NCBI GenBank assembly: GCA_965644265.1
Contig: OZ286462.1
Span: 89,652,001-89,716,000, forward strand
Source: Glycera tridactyla
Lineage: Eukaryota
Direction of reading: 5' to 3'
Length of the DNA stretch: 64,000 nucleotides
Below the pieces are notes generated by a model that worked only from the letters and a program-made list of their open reading frames with translations, did not search any database and was not told where the DNA came from. The translations under genes and the position numbers were made by a program. Shown piece after piece: positions 10,101 through 24,207 of the stretch. Every line of letters starts with the position of its first letter. The stretch's first letter is position 1.

Positions 10101-10811
10101 GAATTCCTTTACATATATCTCCAGTATAGTCTTTTTGGCATGTTACATGGGTGTAGTAGAATTGCTGTCTGATGGTATTTTCTCCTCATTCATGAGAATT
10201 TCTGAAGATCATGATAAAACAGAGCAAATGAATAAATCAATGAGCACAGTATGCATGAGTGCATCATATCATATAATATCTTATTTATGAGAATTTGGGA
10301 AATATGTTGATGCAAAATGCTTGGAAAGTGTTAAAACACAATATTTTCATTCTACATGTACATGTTATATTGATCATTATGGTTTGTATAAGTTGGCTGA
10401 TAATAGAAGCAGGCGGTGTGGAGGTTAGATCTAGAGTAACAATCAACCATGAAACTTTAATGTTAGCAAGTCAAAACCCGGGGCATTTACTCGTTATTTA
10501 TGGGTTGAGGTGGAATTTATCAGTTCAATTTGACTGATGATTTTGAAATCATTTGCAAGAATCAAAGATTGGTAGATTAGGAGATTGTTTCTGGTTGGTA
10601 TAGAGCAACAGGCATTGCATTTTTATGCAGGTGGGGAGGAAAAAGTGTTGGCCTGCTTTCTGGTCCCATTCAAGAAGATGGTCATGTCTGGTGCCTGCTT
10701 CACTGACACAGAATTGGACGTGAAGTCTCCATAAATTTCATTTGATATGAAGATTTCAAATTTGGTTTTCATAATTTTTCCTTAATTATTTGTATACAAC
10801 ATCCACATTTA

Positions 10812-10986
10812 CAGTCAAACCTGTCCTAAGCAGCCACCCTTCGGGAAGGCAAAAAGTGGCTACTTAGGGCACGTGGCTGCTTAGAACAGGTTAACTATAT
10901 TGGAAAAAAACGTTGGGAAATTCAAAAGTGGCTGCTTAGGGCAGGTGGCTGCTTAGTACAGTGGCTGCCAAGGACAGGTTAGACTG
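10812..10986. mobile_element. pogo/Tigger-type MITE, 175 bp
   Basis: TA flanks on both sides. TIR CAGTCAAACCTGTCCT vs CAGTCTAACCTGTCCT (15/16). Internal GTGGCTGCTTAG repeats. Confidence 0.85.
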
Positions 10987-11617
10987 TATTGCAAGAATCA
11001 TAAAGAAAACTGCCTATATAAAGTGGAACTTATAAACTCAATAAAATATGAATCATATCATTGTGAAGGCCAATCTTAGGTTGAGTTCAAACATATGATG
11101 CAAGGAATTATTTCAGCACTGATTTGGTAGGTTCCAGTTACATTAAAGAAATTGTGTCTTTATTGAGTCAATTTGACGCTCTGCTATTTTCAATCTTTTT
11201 TTTCAATACATCCAAACTATTTGCCCAATAAAACCTCTGGCTTCTCTCACTGAAAGTGTGATTACACTGTTTGTCTGTGAAATGTTCCTTGTCTACTGTA
11301 GCTGCTAGCAGGATATCCAGCACAGTCCAACCTCTCATTGGTTTATGATCCTACCTCTCTGCCCTCAGCCTTGCCACGCCTTCCCCATCAACCTGATATC
11401 AACCACATCGCTCTCCATCACTGCAGCTCTAGTGGCTATTATACTACCACTCATCCGGTCCTTCAGCTGTAGAAGTTCTCCACTTGATGCATACTCGAGC
11501 ATGTATGCATGGATCTTCAGCATGGAGTACTTTGTTTTAGATTGATGGATCAAGGACAAACTACTATTAGATACCACATCAAGTCTTTCTTGCAGCATTG
11601 GTCTCATTCACCTATTA

Positions 11618-12344
11618 CAGTCTAACCACTCTATAAAAAGTACCGTCAGTCGCATGAAAAAAGTGGCCTTTATGGGCAGGTGGTCTTTATAGAGTTCATT
11701 TACTACTGAAAATATTACCACAGTTGCAGCTCAGGGTGGCCTTTATAATGAGGTGGTCTTTATATAGACATGTTCTTTAGAGCAGGGTTCAACTGGATAA
11801 GCATACTTGTGTATTGGAAGTTTTGGTGGCACATAGTCAAGCTTGTATGAAGTCACTCTTGGTCACATTAACAAGGGTCTTTGTAGACAGGTGTCCTATA
11901 TAGAGAGGGGGTTCACTGTAGAGGATACCATCACAGTCGCCAATCAGTGTGGCGTATGTAGGCTGATGCCATTTGTATAGAGGTGATCTTAAGCAGGTTT
12001 GACTGTATTCATCTAAAAGAGATGATCTTGAAATGTCTTAAAAAGCATGATTTTCCATCATAGACTAGTCCACAATAGGCGATTGCACATCATATGTGAT
12101 GGCTCATCACAGTCCCAGCTATCACAGACACAGGCTTCCTAATACCATCTCACCACAGGTTTCACTGGAAAGTGAAACCTGCAACGAGAGATTAGCCTCA
12201 ATTTCACCAAAATTTGGTTCTCTGAAAAGGTGTTTTTTGTCAGATGTATACTTGACTATATCGAGAAGAAAAGCTGAAGTGAAAAAGTGGTTTCCCATCA
12301 AAGGTGGTCTCTGTTTGTAGGTTCTCTCACCACAGTTTTCACTG
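11618..12344. mobile_element. Cluster of adjacent or degenerate pogo/Tigger-type MITEs
   Basis: Several TA-CAGT(C/G)(A/T)AACC and GGTTT(G/C)ACTG-TA ends (11618, ~11918, 12005, 12170, 12344) with internal GGTGGTCT(C/T)T repeats. Confidence 0.65.
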
Positions 12345-12750
12345 TATCACTGAGAAGCTACCTCAGTAAGACAAACTTGCAGGTTATCCATCCATGTGTA
12401 TCTTCTGTTCATTCTCCATGTAAATGATATTGTAGGTCACCTGGACTCAAGAACTCAGATTGATGAATGAAATAAATCTACAAGACGCATATTGAAAAGA
12501 GAGAGAGAGACGAAATTAGAGAATAACAAGAGGATGTTTAGATGTGTTTAAGAAATCAATCCCTCCTAATTACATGCTCTGTCATTAGTTAACAAGAGAT
12601 TTTCCCAAGATAGAGAGAGTCTGATATTGTTGTCTAACTGTAGATATTGATTGAGTCTTAAATATGGGTAACTGAGTAGCCTCCAATTCTCTGGATACTT
12701 CATGACACATTTTATATTGTTTCGCGAATTTGCTTGCTTGCTAGGCATTC

Positions 12751-12943
12751 NNNNNNNNNNNNNNNNNNNNNNNNNNNNNNNNNNNNNNNNNNNNNNNNNN
12801 NNNNNNNNNNNNNNNNNNNNNNNNNNNNNNNNNNNNNNNNNNNNNNNNNNNNNNNNNNNNNNNNNNNNNNNNNNNNNNNNNNNNNNNNNNNNNNNNNNNN
12901 NNNNNNNNNNNNNNNNNNNNNNNNNNNNNNNNNNNNNNNNNNA
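12751..12943. other. Assembly gap (193 N) next to a (CA)n microsatellite
   Basis: Run of N. ORFs spanning it are artefacts. Confidence 0.99.
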
Positions 12944-14457
12944 TCACTCTGTAATTTTTTATCCACACACGCATGCATGCATGCACACATACACACACTC
13001 ACACACACACACACGCACACACACATGCACACACACACACACACACTCACACACACACACACAATCTTTGTTATACATGGAATTCTGACATGTATGCAGT
13101 CAGTGTTAATTGCTGATTATCCACGATAACCATTCATTCCAAAGTCGCTGCTGATCCAGAATAAACATGTGCCTGAGTTTCCAGCATTTTTCTTCCCATC
13201 AAAGAAGCAATCTGCTCCATTAGAGAAAGCACAATTGACTGGGAGTGCTCCGTGACTGACCCTGGGGTCAAGCATTTCAATCAGATCCTCGCTTTCTTTG
13301 TCCCGCCATATTTCATTTTCTCCTAATTAGAATTGAAGTCCCCATCCATGGATATCTTCGTGATTTTAGGCAAACTCCCATTCCTTTTATGTTGGTGAGA
13401 CCCGTCACCAGCCTGAGGAAGATGTTAATTTGCGCACGCAGGGATGTCTCCGAGGCACAAAATGAACAATGGGCAGTTGATTTGTCAAGTTGGGTGGCCA
13501 CTGAAACAAATTATGAGGGCCACCTGTCAATCGAACTTGAGGGAGTACACAGCATGAGCATGCTGCGCTCTGCGTACCGCCAGCTGGTCACGTGGCACGC
13601 AGTGGCATGCCATCCAAACGCAACTCATCCAAAGGTAATCGGTATTGATGTCAAAAATAATTATGAAAGTGCAGAGACAATAGCCCAATGGATTGGCTTC
13701 GCAGGGAACATGGGTTTTCCATAGCAACTAATACAGCAGGGGGTGATAAAACATGTGCACAGTGACATCTACAGGCGACCACCTGGTGACTTCCATGTGA
13801 ATTATAGTGTAATGGTGCCAACTTGAAAGTTGTAGTTAATACAGTCAAACTTGTCCTAAGCATGAAGCCGCGGGATGTGAAAAATATGTTGCTTAGGACA
13901 AGTTCTTGCTTAGTACAAGTTCATCTTACCGTGCCAAGCGCAGATTCTCAAACCGAGCTAGCATCTTAACTAAGGAATAACAGATGCAAATTAACTTTTG
14001 AAAACATATATTCGGATTAAAATCGGCATATTTACAATAAAATATATATTTCTACACATCCATAATATCGATAAAAAAAAGAATAGAATACAATTCTGGT
14101 AAATATTGCTGGTGAAATTATAAATTGTCATATCACAGAAAAACAAGCTAAAATAAATATCATATGAAAATATGATAGTAAATGCTTGATCAAAAATTCA
14201 AATTTGCTAGCAATCATTACTGGTTTAAAAATAAATATTGGATAGTAAATGCTGGATTTGATATTAAAAAGAAATATTGGAAATAATGAGAAAAACCTGA
14301 ATATCACAGAAAATGTTGACCAGATTAGAAATTTCCATATTATTCTATCACAGAAAAACAGACTAGATAATTATCAAATAGAAAATGCTGGTAAATAATC
14401 AAATGTAGATGATAATCATCACTTGTATACAAAATAAATATTGTAAATATTGAGATA

Positions 14458-15395
14458 TTATTTCGTTTTAAAAAAATCAAGAATTGATGTCTGGCGATTT
14501 CTTTGTACACTTACAGCATCAATTTCATCAGAAAGGTGCATGACTGCATTTAGCATGCCAGAGTATCCATGATGGGTAGCGAATGATTTTAGTTTCACAA
14601 TAAAATCATGCACATTTCCAATCGAAATGACTTCTTCATTCTCCTCCTCCTCCTCCTCCTCCTCCTCTTCACATTCACCCGCTTCTTCCTCCTCTTCACG
14701 CCCAGATTTCAATTCATTCATAATAGCACTGGCACTTTGCTTCTCCCAATCTCGCAAGGGTTCACATGTTACAAAATTCTCATCAATCTTCAATAACTCA
14801 TTAAATTCGCAATCAAACAAATCTCTTGCCATCGCCACAACTTTAAGTGGCACATTATCGTCAATGTCTGTGTCGTCATCAACAGATTCGAGACCAAAAC
14901 CACACCTGACAAAACATTTTGTAATCGTTGAAGGATCCAGACTCTTCCAAGCATGACTAACCCAGTAAATGGCATCAAGAATGTTCACTGATTTCAGAAG
15001 ATCACTACCAGTTTTGGATGGGTAAAGATCCATCTGAGAGATCACATTGCTCATCTGTTTTTTACGATAACGTAACTTAACTGCCTGGATTATTCCCTGA
15101 TCCATTGGCTGACTATAGCTTGTTGTGTTTGGTGGAAAGAACATCAATTTAATGTTTGTAACTTTTGTCTGGATAGCATCAGGGTGACAAGGAGCATTGT
15201 CCAAGAAAAGAACCACTTTCCTTTTTTGGAGGCGCATCTTGTTGTCGAATTTTCTTAGCCACTCTTCGAAAATTGCACTGGTCATCCAGGCTCGGCGATT
15301 GTTCCTATACATAACCGGTAACGAGTCAACACTGATCTTGGCGAAAGCCCGGGGTTTTTGCGCTTTTCCAATGACCAACGGCATCAACTTCTCTC
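14458..15395 (-). CDS. pogo-type transposase, exon 2 (DDE domain, acidic tail, PIP box); spliced protein 522 aa
   Basis: Acceptor TCTGTCTCTTAG|GA. The join reads ASMSG-EKLMPLVIGK in frame. Motifs LFLDNAP and QPMDQGII, and C-terminal QTSILDFF. Confidence 0.92.
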
Positions 15396-15785
15396 CTAAG
15401 AGACAGACATAAAGAGAATGGAATAAGACAAGGTTAATTGAAAGTATTTAATGTACCTACCTACTCTATTCTTCGATAAAATGAACGAAATCACGCTGTT
15501 GTGAAAATATTTTGATTCCATCCGGAAGCCGCCATTTTGAATGTCTCATGTGAACTATCGTGAGAGCACCGCATATTTGAATGCATTTTTACAGCCGTAG
15601 CAGAGGGGATAATGAATAAAGAGGGGATAAACTCCAAATTAGGAAAGATTTCGTGTGAAATATCGATTATGATAATATCTCTTGCAGAAAAATACCGTCT
15701 CTCATGATCTCGTCAATGTTGCGAGAAGTTGGCTCATTATAAATTCACTTTTTCGGGGAAGAACGGAACCCGGATGTACACTCAC

Positions 15786-16416
15786 CGCTCATGCTGGCAC
15801 ATAAAGCTATCGTTATCCTCTCTTTCGCACGTTTCCCTCCACCGCAATCCTCTCCATTGACAATATACGTGTACTTCGTGGAATCCTTAAAGAAAAGACC
15901 GGTCTCATCCATATTGAATATATCGTCGGCGGAATAATCGGATATAAGACGTGGCAGTCTCTCCTTCCAATCGTCAACCACTTGCGTATTGACATCACCT
16001 CGCTCCCCACATGTTGCCTTGAAAACAATTTTATGGTGCTTCGTAAAGGAATCTAACCATCCTGTCGATGCTTTAAAACTATCCAACTGTAAGTCTTTAG
16101 CAATCTGCAGAGCTTTTTCACGGATAATCGGGCCATTTACATTGATTTTCCTGATGCTTGCATCTTGGAACCAAATCCACATCAGCTGATTTAGTTCTTC
16201 ATTACCGGTTTTTTTACAGTGTCTTTTAATATCTGGATTTTCAGCAGACTCATACTCCTCCATAATCTGTCGTTTTCTTTTTCTAATAGAATGTAACTGT
16301 GTCAATCCAACACCAAATTCGGCAGCGATCAGACGAGTTGCCTTCCCATTCTCCATCATCTTCAATGCAGAAACACGTTCAGCCAATGTCAAACATTTTC
16401 TCTTGGGGGAGGCCAT
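15786..16416 (-). CDS. pogo-type transposase, exon 1 (CENP-B-type HTH domains, first catalytic D)
   Basis: ATG at 16416 (MASPKRK), FKASTGWLDSF, IFNMDETGLFF. Ends at donor AGCG|GTGAGT (intron 15785-15396). Confidence 0.92.
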
Positions 16417-16812
16417 GGTAAAATCCAGTTAAAACACGTCTTCTCTCACTAAAACCTGCTCACAAACTGGCGATATCGTGATATGAAAACTCGCGGGGGA
16501 GCGATTGTTTTATTGAACTCACTTAGAACAATAGAGGTGTGAAAAACATGGCTGACACGGGGACAATAGCGAGCCGGATCGCCTGTTCGCCGACTCACCT
16601 GTACTGCCGGGTCACGTTCAATACAAGTTGATGGGCTCGGCGGGAACCAAAATCATCGTTCGCTATTCGCGTAAGGCAGGTTCACGCTTAGAACAGGTGA
16701 TTTATAGTGAAAATATAGTCGGGGGGAGTTGAAAGTGTTCGCTTAGGACAAGATCCCGCTTAGAGGAGGTTCACGTTAAGGCAAGTTTGACTGTATTGGT
16801 TAAATTGATGGT

Positions 16813-16876
<64 letters not shown>

Positions 16877-17208
16877 TTGATAAATATGGAGAGACGGGAG
16901 GGCAGATAGACGAAGGGACAGGCGGGCAGACACAGGGATAGATAGAGAGAATTGACATTGACAATGTGCCCTTGACAGATACTGAATAGTGTGTAGAATA
17001 TAGCTCAGTGCAGTGAAACCTGCAAAGAGAGACCACCCTGAATATAACCAACAAGAGCGCCCACGTGCGCCGAGAGATCTCCGAGGAGAGAGAGAGGTGG
17101 GGGGTGGGGAGAAAGGGAGAGAGAATTACAACACCAGTAACGGCAGCAGTAACCACCACCACCACCACCCTCATACACAATGCCACCACCACCTCACTGA
17201 CAATGACG

Positions 17209-17342
17209 NNNNNNNNNNNNNNNNNNNNNNNNNNNNNNNNNNNNNNNNNNNNNNNNNNNNNNNNNNNNNNNNNNNNNNNNNNNNNNNNNNNNNNNNNNNN
17301 NNNNNNNNNNNNNNNNNNNNNNNNNNNNNNNNNNNNNNNNNN
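17209..17342. other. Assembly gap (134 N)
   Basis: Run of N flanked by simple repeats. Confidence 0.99.
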
Positions 17343-18189
17343 ACACATATTGACAGACAGACAGACAAACACCATTGTAATTTATCATGTTTTTATCCTG
17401 ATTTTTGTCCTGTTTTCCAGGTGAGTTGAGCAGGGTGCAGAGCTGCTGTTAAAAGTGAGTTACTCATTGTGTACCCATCTATTGCTCTATCCCTTCATTC
17501 CGGACAAAAATATACTCCACAAGTTTTTCCGAGTGGTTAAATCGGAACAATCGATTGATTAAACATTGCCGTGTTCGCTGGCCATTTCTTTTTCAACATG
17601 GACGCCATGATATGATACATCTATGTTGAGCATTGCTTCTTTTCAAGTTTCGCTGCTTTCAATATCACATCAGATTCCCCACTCACTATGATTACCATGG
17701 CGATATAGAATATCTTGGTCATAGATGGCATAGGTGAAATACTTCATGGAATATTTGTTAGGGAGCAAGGGTGTCCATGGGTGTATTTGCTCATCAGACA
17801 AAACAAATTCGGCTGGCTAATGAATGGGAACATTGTAATTGAGTAGGGTTTGCATCATTCAATATGTATTTGCACTCTAGGATGTGTGAAAAATGTACAT
17901 TTTAATCAATGATGATTGACGTAAGTAGGTCATGGCGAGTGAGACCTTGAACAGGAAACAAATGTTATTGACCAACTCAGGTCAAACTAACTGAATTAAT
18001 CAGGTGACTAAGTGGGAAGCGATCTTCCCCGGATCGTTTTCGGACTGTTTCATTTGATCATAGGTAGATAGAGACCACTGATGAGATCCTGGAGTTAGTT
18101 GGGGAGAGAGCTTCATACTCGTAGGAAACAGCGGATCGATACCCCTCACAACACGCTTTCCTCTGTTTTGAGTACTGACTGCACTTTTT

Positions 18190-18420
18190 CAAAGTGAAAG
18201 CATTACTATCAGGCTCGAGTGTCAGCTTCTGGCAAGTTACATAGTTAGATACCAGCTTTAGGTTCATTATGATCATATTGGACACGATACATAGAGGTGT
18301 GTTTGAACTGCCAGTTACTGCTATTGGACAACCTTTCGTCTTGTGTCCGGGGGTTTGTGAGAGATGCCTGCAGAGGGCAGAACATTCACCTTTCATAGAC
18401 CAGGAACACATGACATAAGT
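18190..18420 (-). repeat. One copy of an old dispersed repeat family (at least 8 copies in the window)
   Basis: Shared core ...TGTCCCCTGCAGGCATCACTCTCACAAACCCTGAACAC... Other copies at ~26925, ~34440, ~44900, ~56615, ~59190 (minus) and ~47500, ~61690 (plus). Confidence 0.7.
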
Positions 18421-19650
18421 GACCCTCTAGTTTGATACATGCTGTTATTCTCAACCATTCATAACCAAACCAAATCCTAACCACCAGCAGCAAGTCTCTT
18501 ACCATCCAGACATGATTCTGTACTTAGACCACAGATAATTAGACAAGCCCAATGGGTCCCTGAAGTCCCATGTAGAACCCACCATGTTCAACCATTGTGA
18601 CATCATAGGATAATGCTGTGACCCTTAAGTGATTTGACTACTTTTTTAGTGACCAAGGGTGCTACGTTGCTACCTGTAAGTAGCCAATTGCTACCAAACC
18701 TACCTTTGTCACAGTGTCATCACTGATAATCAGTGACTCCTACTCCAAAGGAATATCACTGGTAACTACGAACTACAGTTGATTCCTCTCTATTTCGTGA
18801 ACCATCTTTCAAGGATTTTCCCTGAAAATACTTGAGCAGGAATATTCAATTGAAGTGGAAACAAGAGCAGGTAATATTGGCTAAAGTTTCTGGGTAAACC
18901 ACGAATATGTCAGGGTGCTGATTGTATACAGATCCATGAGTAACACTCATGTGCTGGTACTCTAAAGTGACGTATTGATCAATGAAGCTAGCCAACGATG
19001 AAAATGTGACTGGCGATTGTTACATAGTACAGCATCAGCTGAACATCAGCACACAACTTGGAACCATAAACAATTAATCATTATTGGGAACTCATCAAAT
19101 ATGAGGAGTTATAATCACATCATCATGTGATACATCATCACACAGGAACTTATGACTCCATTGTACCCAATGTCAGGGAATCACTCTTCAATATATCTGC
19201 TCTCAAGATATTGAAAACAAACTGTGATATATGACAGCCAATATATTCAGGGGCCAGCTGGCTCTGGTAGCCAGTGCCAAATGTTAGTGGCCAGTCAATA
19301 TATTTTCGATCACAACCTGTACAAAATTTCAGGGGCTACTGACTTGTATGGTAGCCAGAGGGTAGGTTGTCTCGGTAGTCGTCCATTCGGCCAATCAGTG
19401 GGCAGAATAGATGGCGATACTCAGCGATGTTGACATGGGTATTGCGGACTTGTCAAGTATGAGTGACGTGGTGTAAAAAAATATTCATATCATCAAAGAA
19501 TCTTGTCATGCATGTGGGATTTTGTCTGTTTCACATATGGATCACCAACAGACATAGGATGGTTTAATCAATGGATGTTGATAATGACTATATTTATAAC
19601 AATGACAATTATAAGACCTTTTAACGTGAAATACTAATTCATGTATTATA

Positions 19651-19887
19651 AGATGAGAATTGATACTATACTGTGGCAAGTAGACAGAGGAGATGAGAAT
19701 TGATATTATATTGTGGCAAGTAGACAGAGGAGATGAGAATTGATATTATACTGTGGCAAGTAGACAGAGGAGATGAGAATTGATATTATACTGTGGCAAG
19801 TAGACAGAGGAGATGAGAATTGATATTATACTGTGGCAAGTAGACAGAGGAGATGAGAATTGATATTATACTGTGGCAAGTAGACAG
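19651..19887 (+). repeat. 40-bp minisatellite, ~6 near-identical copies
   Basis: Unit AGATGAGAATTGATATTATACTGTGGCAAGTAGACAGAGG. Confidence 0.95.
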
Positions 19888-20844
19888 GGGAAGGTTTGAT
19901 CCAGTCCAGATGACTTTCACTTTCACAAACCCTTTTTATGACCATCTTGAGTATGATTTGGAACATTCATCAATCCTAAACATTCCATTCTTTTACATCA
20001 TCTGTCAATTACACAAAATGAAATCTTGAAAATATAATTCATTGTACAATGATGAAAAAAAATCTCAAAGATCTTAGCAATCATTATGGAAGACTTTATC
20101 TCTTTCCTGGGAAACACATTGGCATTTTCTATTCTCAGTCCATCACCGCTGCTACCAAACAAGAATAAAAGATGGATTTGATGGCAAAATTAATGTTTCG
20201 TGTTTTGAAGAGGAATGTATTATCGCAATATATGGTAGTCCTGACGTGATTGTATATTTTTAGCTAATGAAGTAGGTTGAAATATGGAATGAGAGAAGAA
20301 AAATGTTGGGAAGTCACAAAGAAACATCTGTCTCCCATGGAAGCTACCGTATATGGGCATGTCCAGAAACCTGGTGCACAATGCGTTACATCGTTCTGTA
20401 CCAAGGTGATTTGTATGGTGTACATAAGAAGGACACATTGTGAGTTGTAAAACTCTGTTGCAGGCCAAGTATAACTATGTTCAGCAGTTTTAAGTTGCAG
20501 ATATTTCAAGCATCACATGTACATGATTTTAGATTGGCATGTATTCAGGTGTCCATTAAGTGATGTCCACAAAACCAATTTCTGTTGTATGTCATCTTGA
20601 CATTCTGGCAAATGTGAAGGTATTTGGCATCTATGCTCAGAAGAGTGATGCAGCTCACCACCTTTCAGCAAATTCTAATCATTTAAGTCACTATACATAT
20701 AACTGGTGAATAATTAGTCAGATATCAAGCTTCATATTAGAAATGACATAAATCAGTACATCATTTTGACCACTTAATGGGACCTTCCGTACTAATTCGC
20801 ACCAGCATATATTTTTTAATCCTTCCCCTTATATATGCTACTCA

Positions 20845-22262
20845 TTCATGACAGACGAGTTCTAATTCATCCAAAAAATAGGTTTCGGTTCATGTATAGT
20901 TGGTGCATAATCATGATTTCTTCACATATTTGTCGTTTTTCATCACCACGAGAAAATGATGTGGGAGAATTTCAATGTGTCTGATATTGGAACTTATTTT
21001 TATCCCATCTCCATGTGGTTTTCTCCCTATTCAAAGCATTTTATTTTCAAAAATGACTCTGGAAGTCATATTCGCGTTCCAACGACTGGTCATTTCAAAA
21101 TGACTAGAGGTCATACTAACATACACCAACACTCTCCATATTTTTCACCCAGTGGTTCAGATCCTTATTTTCACTCCTGCTATAGCATCTACACTGTTCA
21201 TCCCAAGTATCTGAACACAAATGAGTCTCTCGTGCCATATTTTTTTTTACCAATCCTCTGACTGGCAGTGAGGGGGTTGTACATCATTTTGACATGCCTC
21301 AAATGTCAAAAGTTGTGAACTGCTTCACTTTTGAAACAAGATTCATTTCAAGGCGAAATTTTATATTCAATGAAATACACCAAAACTCACAATGATCATG
21401 AGATACCTGCAACTGTCATTGACAGTAAGCTTCTGGGAGCTTTCATGTATGTACATTGACTGTGAAAGTCATTTTTGTACACATTTTGACGTAATTGCAG
21501 AATTAGCATGAAACAGCTTTTGAAAGATAACCATCTCATCTGTAACAAACAACATTCATGACAGACAAGTACTAATTCATCAAAAGAATTGGTTTATATT
21601 CATGTACAGTTGGTGCATGGTCATGATTTCTTCACATATTTGTAGTTTTTCTTCACCACAAGATAAAGATTTGGGCGATTTTCGATGCGTCTGATGTTGG
21701 AACTTATCTTTATCCCATCTTCATGTGGTTTTCTCCCTATCCAAAGCATTTTATGTTCAAGAATGTCTCTGAAAGTCATATCATTGTTCCATTGACTGGT
21801 CATTTCAAAATGACTAGAGCTCAACCTAACATACACCAACACACTCTATATTTTTCACCCAGTGGTTCGGATCCACATTTTCACTCCTGCTATGACATCT
21901 ATACTGTTCATTCCAAGTATCTGATCCAAAATGAATCTTCCATACCATATTTTTGGACCAATACTCTGACTGGTAGTGAGTAGGGTGTACATCATTTTGA
22001 CAGGTCTCAAATGTAAAAAGTGTCAACTGTTTCACTTTCAGAATAAGACTCATTCCAATGCGAAATTTTCCATGCCATGAAGTGCACCAAAGTTCACATT
22101 GATCATAATATACCTGCAACTGCTATTAACAGTGAGAATCTGGGAGCTTTTATGTATGTAAATTGACTGATGTAGGTCATTTTTGTACACATTTTGACAT
22201 CATCACAGAATGGGGTATTAGAGCTTCTGAACGATCGCCATCTTATCTGTAAATTGTTCAAT
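20845..22262 (+). repeat. Diverged tandem duplication of a ~710-bp unit (2 copies)
   Basis: ATTCATGACAGAC at ~20845 and ~21554, with collinear shared blocks (ACTGGTCATTTCAAAATGACTAGAG, TTTTTCACCCAGTGGTTC, GTACATCATTTTGACA). Confidence 0.85.
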
Positions 22263-22949
22263 GCACGATTCCATCGCCTTCTCAAATATTCAAGTGTTTC
22301 GGATCTCTTTCTCTCTGATCTTCACAATTTTAAGCAGGAAATTCAGAAGATGAATTTTTACTGAATTGATTGACATGATTTCATGCCAAGATGTAAGAAA
22401 ACAAGGGAAAAGTAGTGTCTAAATCTTCATTGTACTAGGTTTCTGACCTTCTCAGCTTCTAATATTGATGGGAAGTTGGATGATTTTTTTGTCCTCTTCA
22501 CCCAGGTGCCTCAGTTTGAGTAGGTCAGCAGATATCGACAGTTTTTCACTAAAATTGCCTATTGGCTTTCAAATCTTTGTGACTTGCGAATTTTTGGACT
22601 TTCTCAATGAAAATTGGCAGAACTGTTGCCAAAATACTGCTGAATCAACTTGTGTTGTCATTTTGATCCAGTATTGAGGAGAGGCCACAAAATATGCAGT
22701 TCAATGAACGTAGGTTTAGTCATGTAACGCTGAAAAGGTCCAAATATGACAGTTCTCATGGAATCACTTGCTTTGTTTACAGTGTTAAAATTTGTTGATT
22801 CTGCCCAAAGTTGCACCAGTTGTAGCTTAATATGTGTGCTTTCAAGACATTCTACAAGATTCTGACTGCTCAATACAGAACTGCAGATACATAGCATCAT
22901 ATCCGATTGACGGTGATTTTTGCGATAGGGGCCAGGTTTCTGGACATGC

Positions 22950-24207
22950 CCATATACTCGCATTTAAGCCTTCACCGTGTATAAGCCGGGGGTACGATTT
23001 CCCACCTATAAGCCTCCCAATGATTCTGCTGAATGAACATGGTGAATATCGTGACAAGTGAAGTGATACATTGAAGACGACCGTGTAGAGAAGCCAATTC
23101 ATGCTTTACCCTGGCTATTGTTGATACGTTCACGCCTCCATACTTCAATGATTCACGAGTACAATCCATATTGAGGCAATCTCTACCACTCAAGTGGTGT
23201 CATGTGTCAAGGCTGAATGAGCCTGTATTTCGTGATGAAAATGAAAGTCTGGCTTCCCCAACAGCGATTTGGGCACCATTGTTGTGGCTAGTCATGAGAG
23301 TGGCATCCCGGGGATTTCCTGGATGTACTTCATGTATAGTTCAGATAAATTATGCGAATCAGCTTTTCTCTCCTTGTTTGTCATGTGATCCAATGATGGT
23401 CAAAATGGCGGAACACTATTGGATGGATATCAGTGGTTATACAGGCCGAGTTTTCATCACGTTTATGGCAAATTGTCGGGATTCTCTCCAAAACGATCAT
23501 CAAACACACAATTGAGTCAATATTCATGCATTTGGTACTATCAATTGACATCCGGCAGCATGTTAGGTATTTGAAGATTGATCGGGAGTTGTGAAAAACA
23601 TCGTTTTCAGCATCAGTCTCAACTGGTTGGTGATTTGCAATGGCGTCTGTACTTGTGTCACATTCCAGTTTATAAAAATATTAATTTCTCAAGAACCATG
23701 TGATGAATCAAGTAAAATCTTATAGCATGTTAATTAAGACAATATTGCTGACAAATGTTTTGCATTGATACACTTTTATTTGTTGGGGAACCCTGGCCTA
23801 CTTGATGATGTTTGAGTGGGTTTTTGTTGAGATCAGTGTCTAATGGCGTATGTACTCATGTTGGATTCCGTGTTATAAAAATATTAATATCTCAAGAATC
23901 ACGCGATGAATCGACTAAAATGTAATGACATTAATTAAGACAATATTGCTGATACATTTTTTGCATTGATACATTGTATCTTTTTGGGAACCTTGTTAAA
24001 TTTGATGATATTTGCATGTGTTTTTGTTGGTATCAGCCCCGGTTCTTTAGAAATCCAAGATGGCGGCGGCCACTGGCGAATCCCCCATGGCTCTTCATTC
24101 ACGTTGATATTAGCTCTGACAAAATTTATACTCGCATATAAGCCCCCTACCTTATTTTGTCCCAATATTTTGATCTTAAAAAATGGGCTTATATGCGACT
24201 ATATACG
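22950..24207. mobile_element. Degenerate non-autonomous Tc1/mariner-group element with an internal ~203-bp tandem duplication
   Basis: Imperfect TIRs (ATATACTCGCATTTAAGCC at the left, GGCTTATATGCGACTATATACG at the right). Duplicated block TTAATTAAGACAATATTGCTGA at ~23730 and ~23932. Confidence 0.5.

Larger units (their letters stand above)
13842..16793 (-). mobile_element. Full-length pogo/Tigger-type DNA transposon (Tc1/mariner-pogo group), 2952 bp
   Basis: TA target duplication (13840-41, 16794-95). TIRs CAGTCAAACTTGTCCTAAG / CAGTCAAACTTGCCTTAAC. Subterminal GCTTAGNACAAG repeats. Encloses an intact spliced transposase. Confidence 0.95.

Noticed and set aside
11365-11607. HAYMLEYASSGELL resembling a protein-kinase hinge motif
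   Set aside because: No HRD, DFG, glycine loop or other kinase motifs in the flanks; likely chance.
12702-13129. ORFs spanning N runs (also 16800-17429 and 50880-51245)
   Set aside because: Artefacts of assembly gaps and CA/GA microsatellites.
20956-21983. Two similar ~90-100 aa ORFs as a duplicated gene
   Set aside because: They reflect the 710-bp DNA duplication. Starts differ and there is no domain or splice support.
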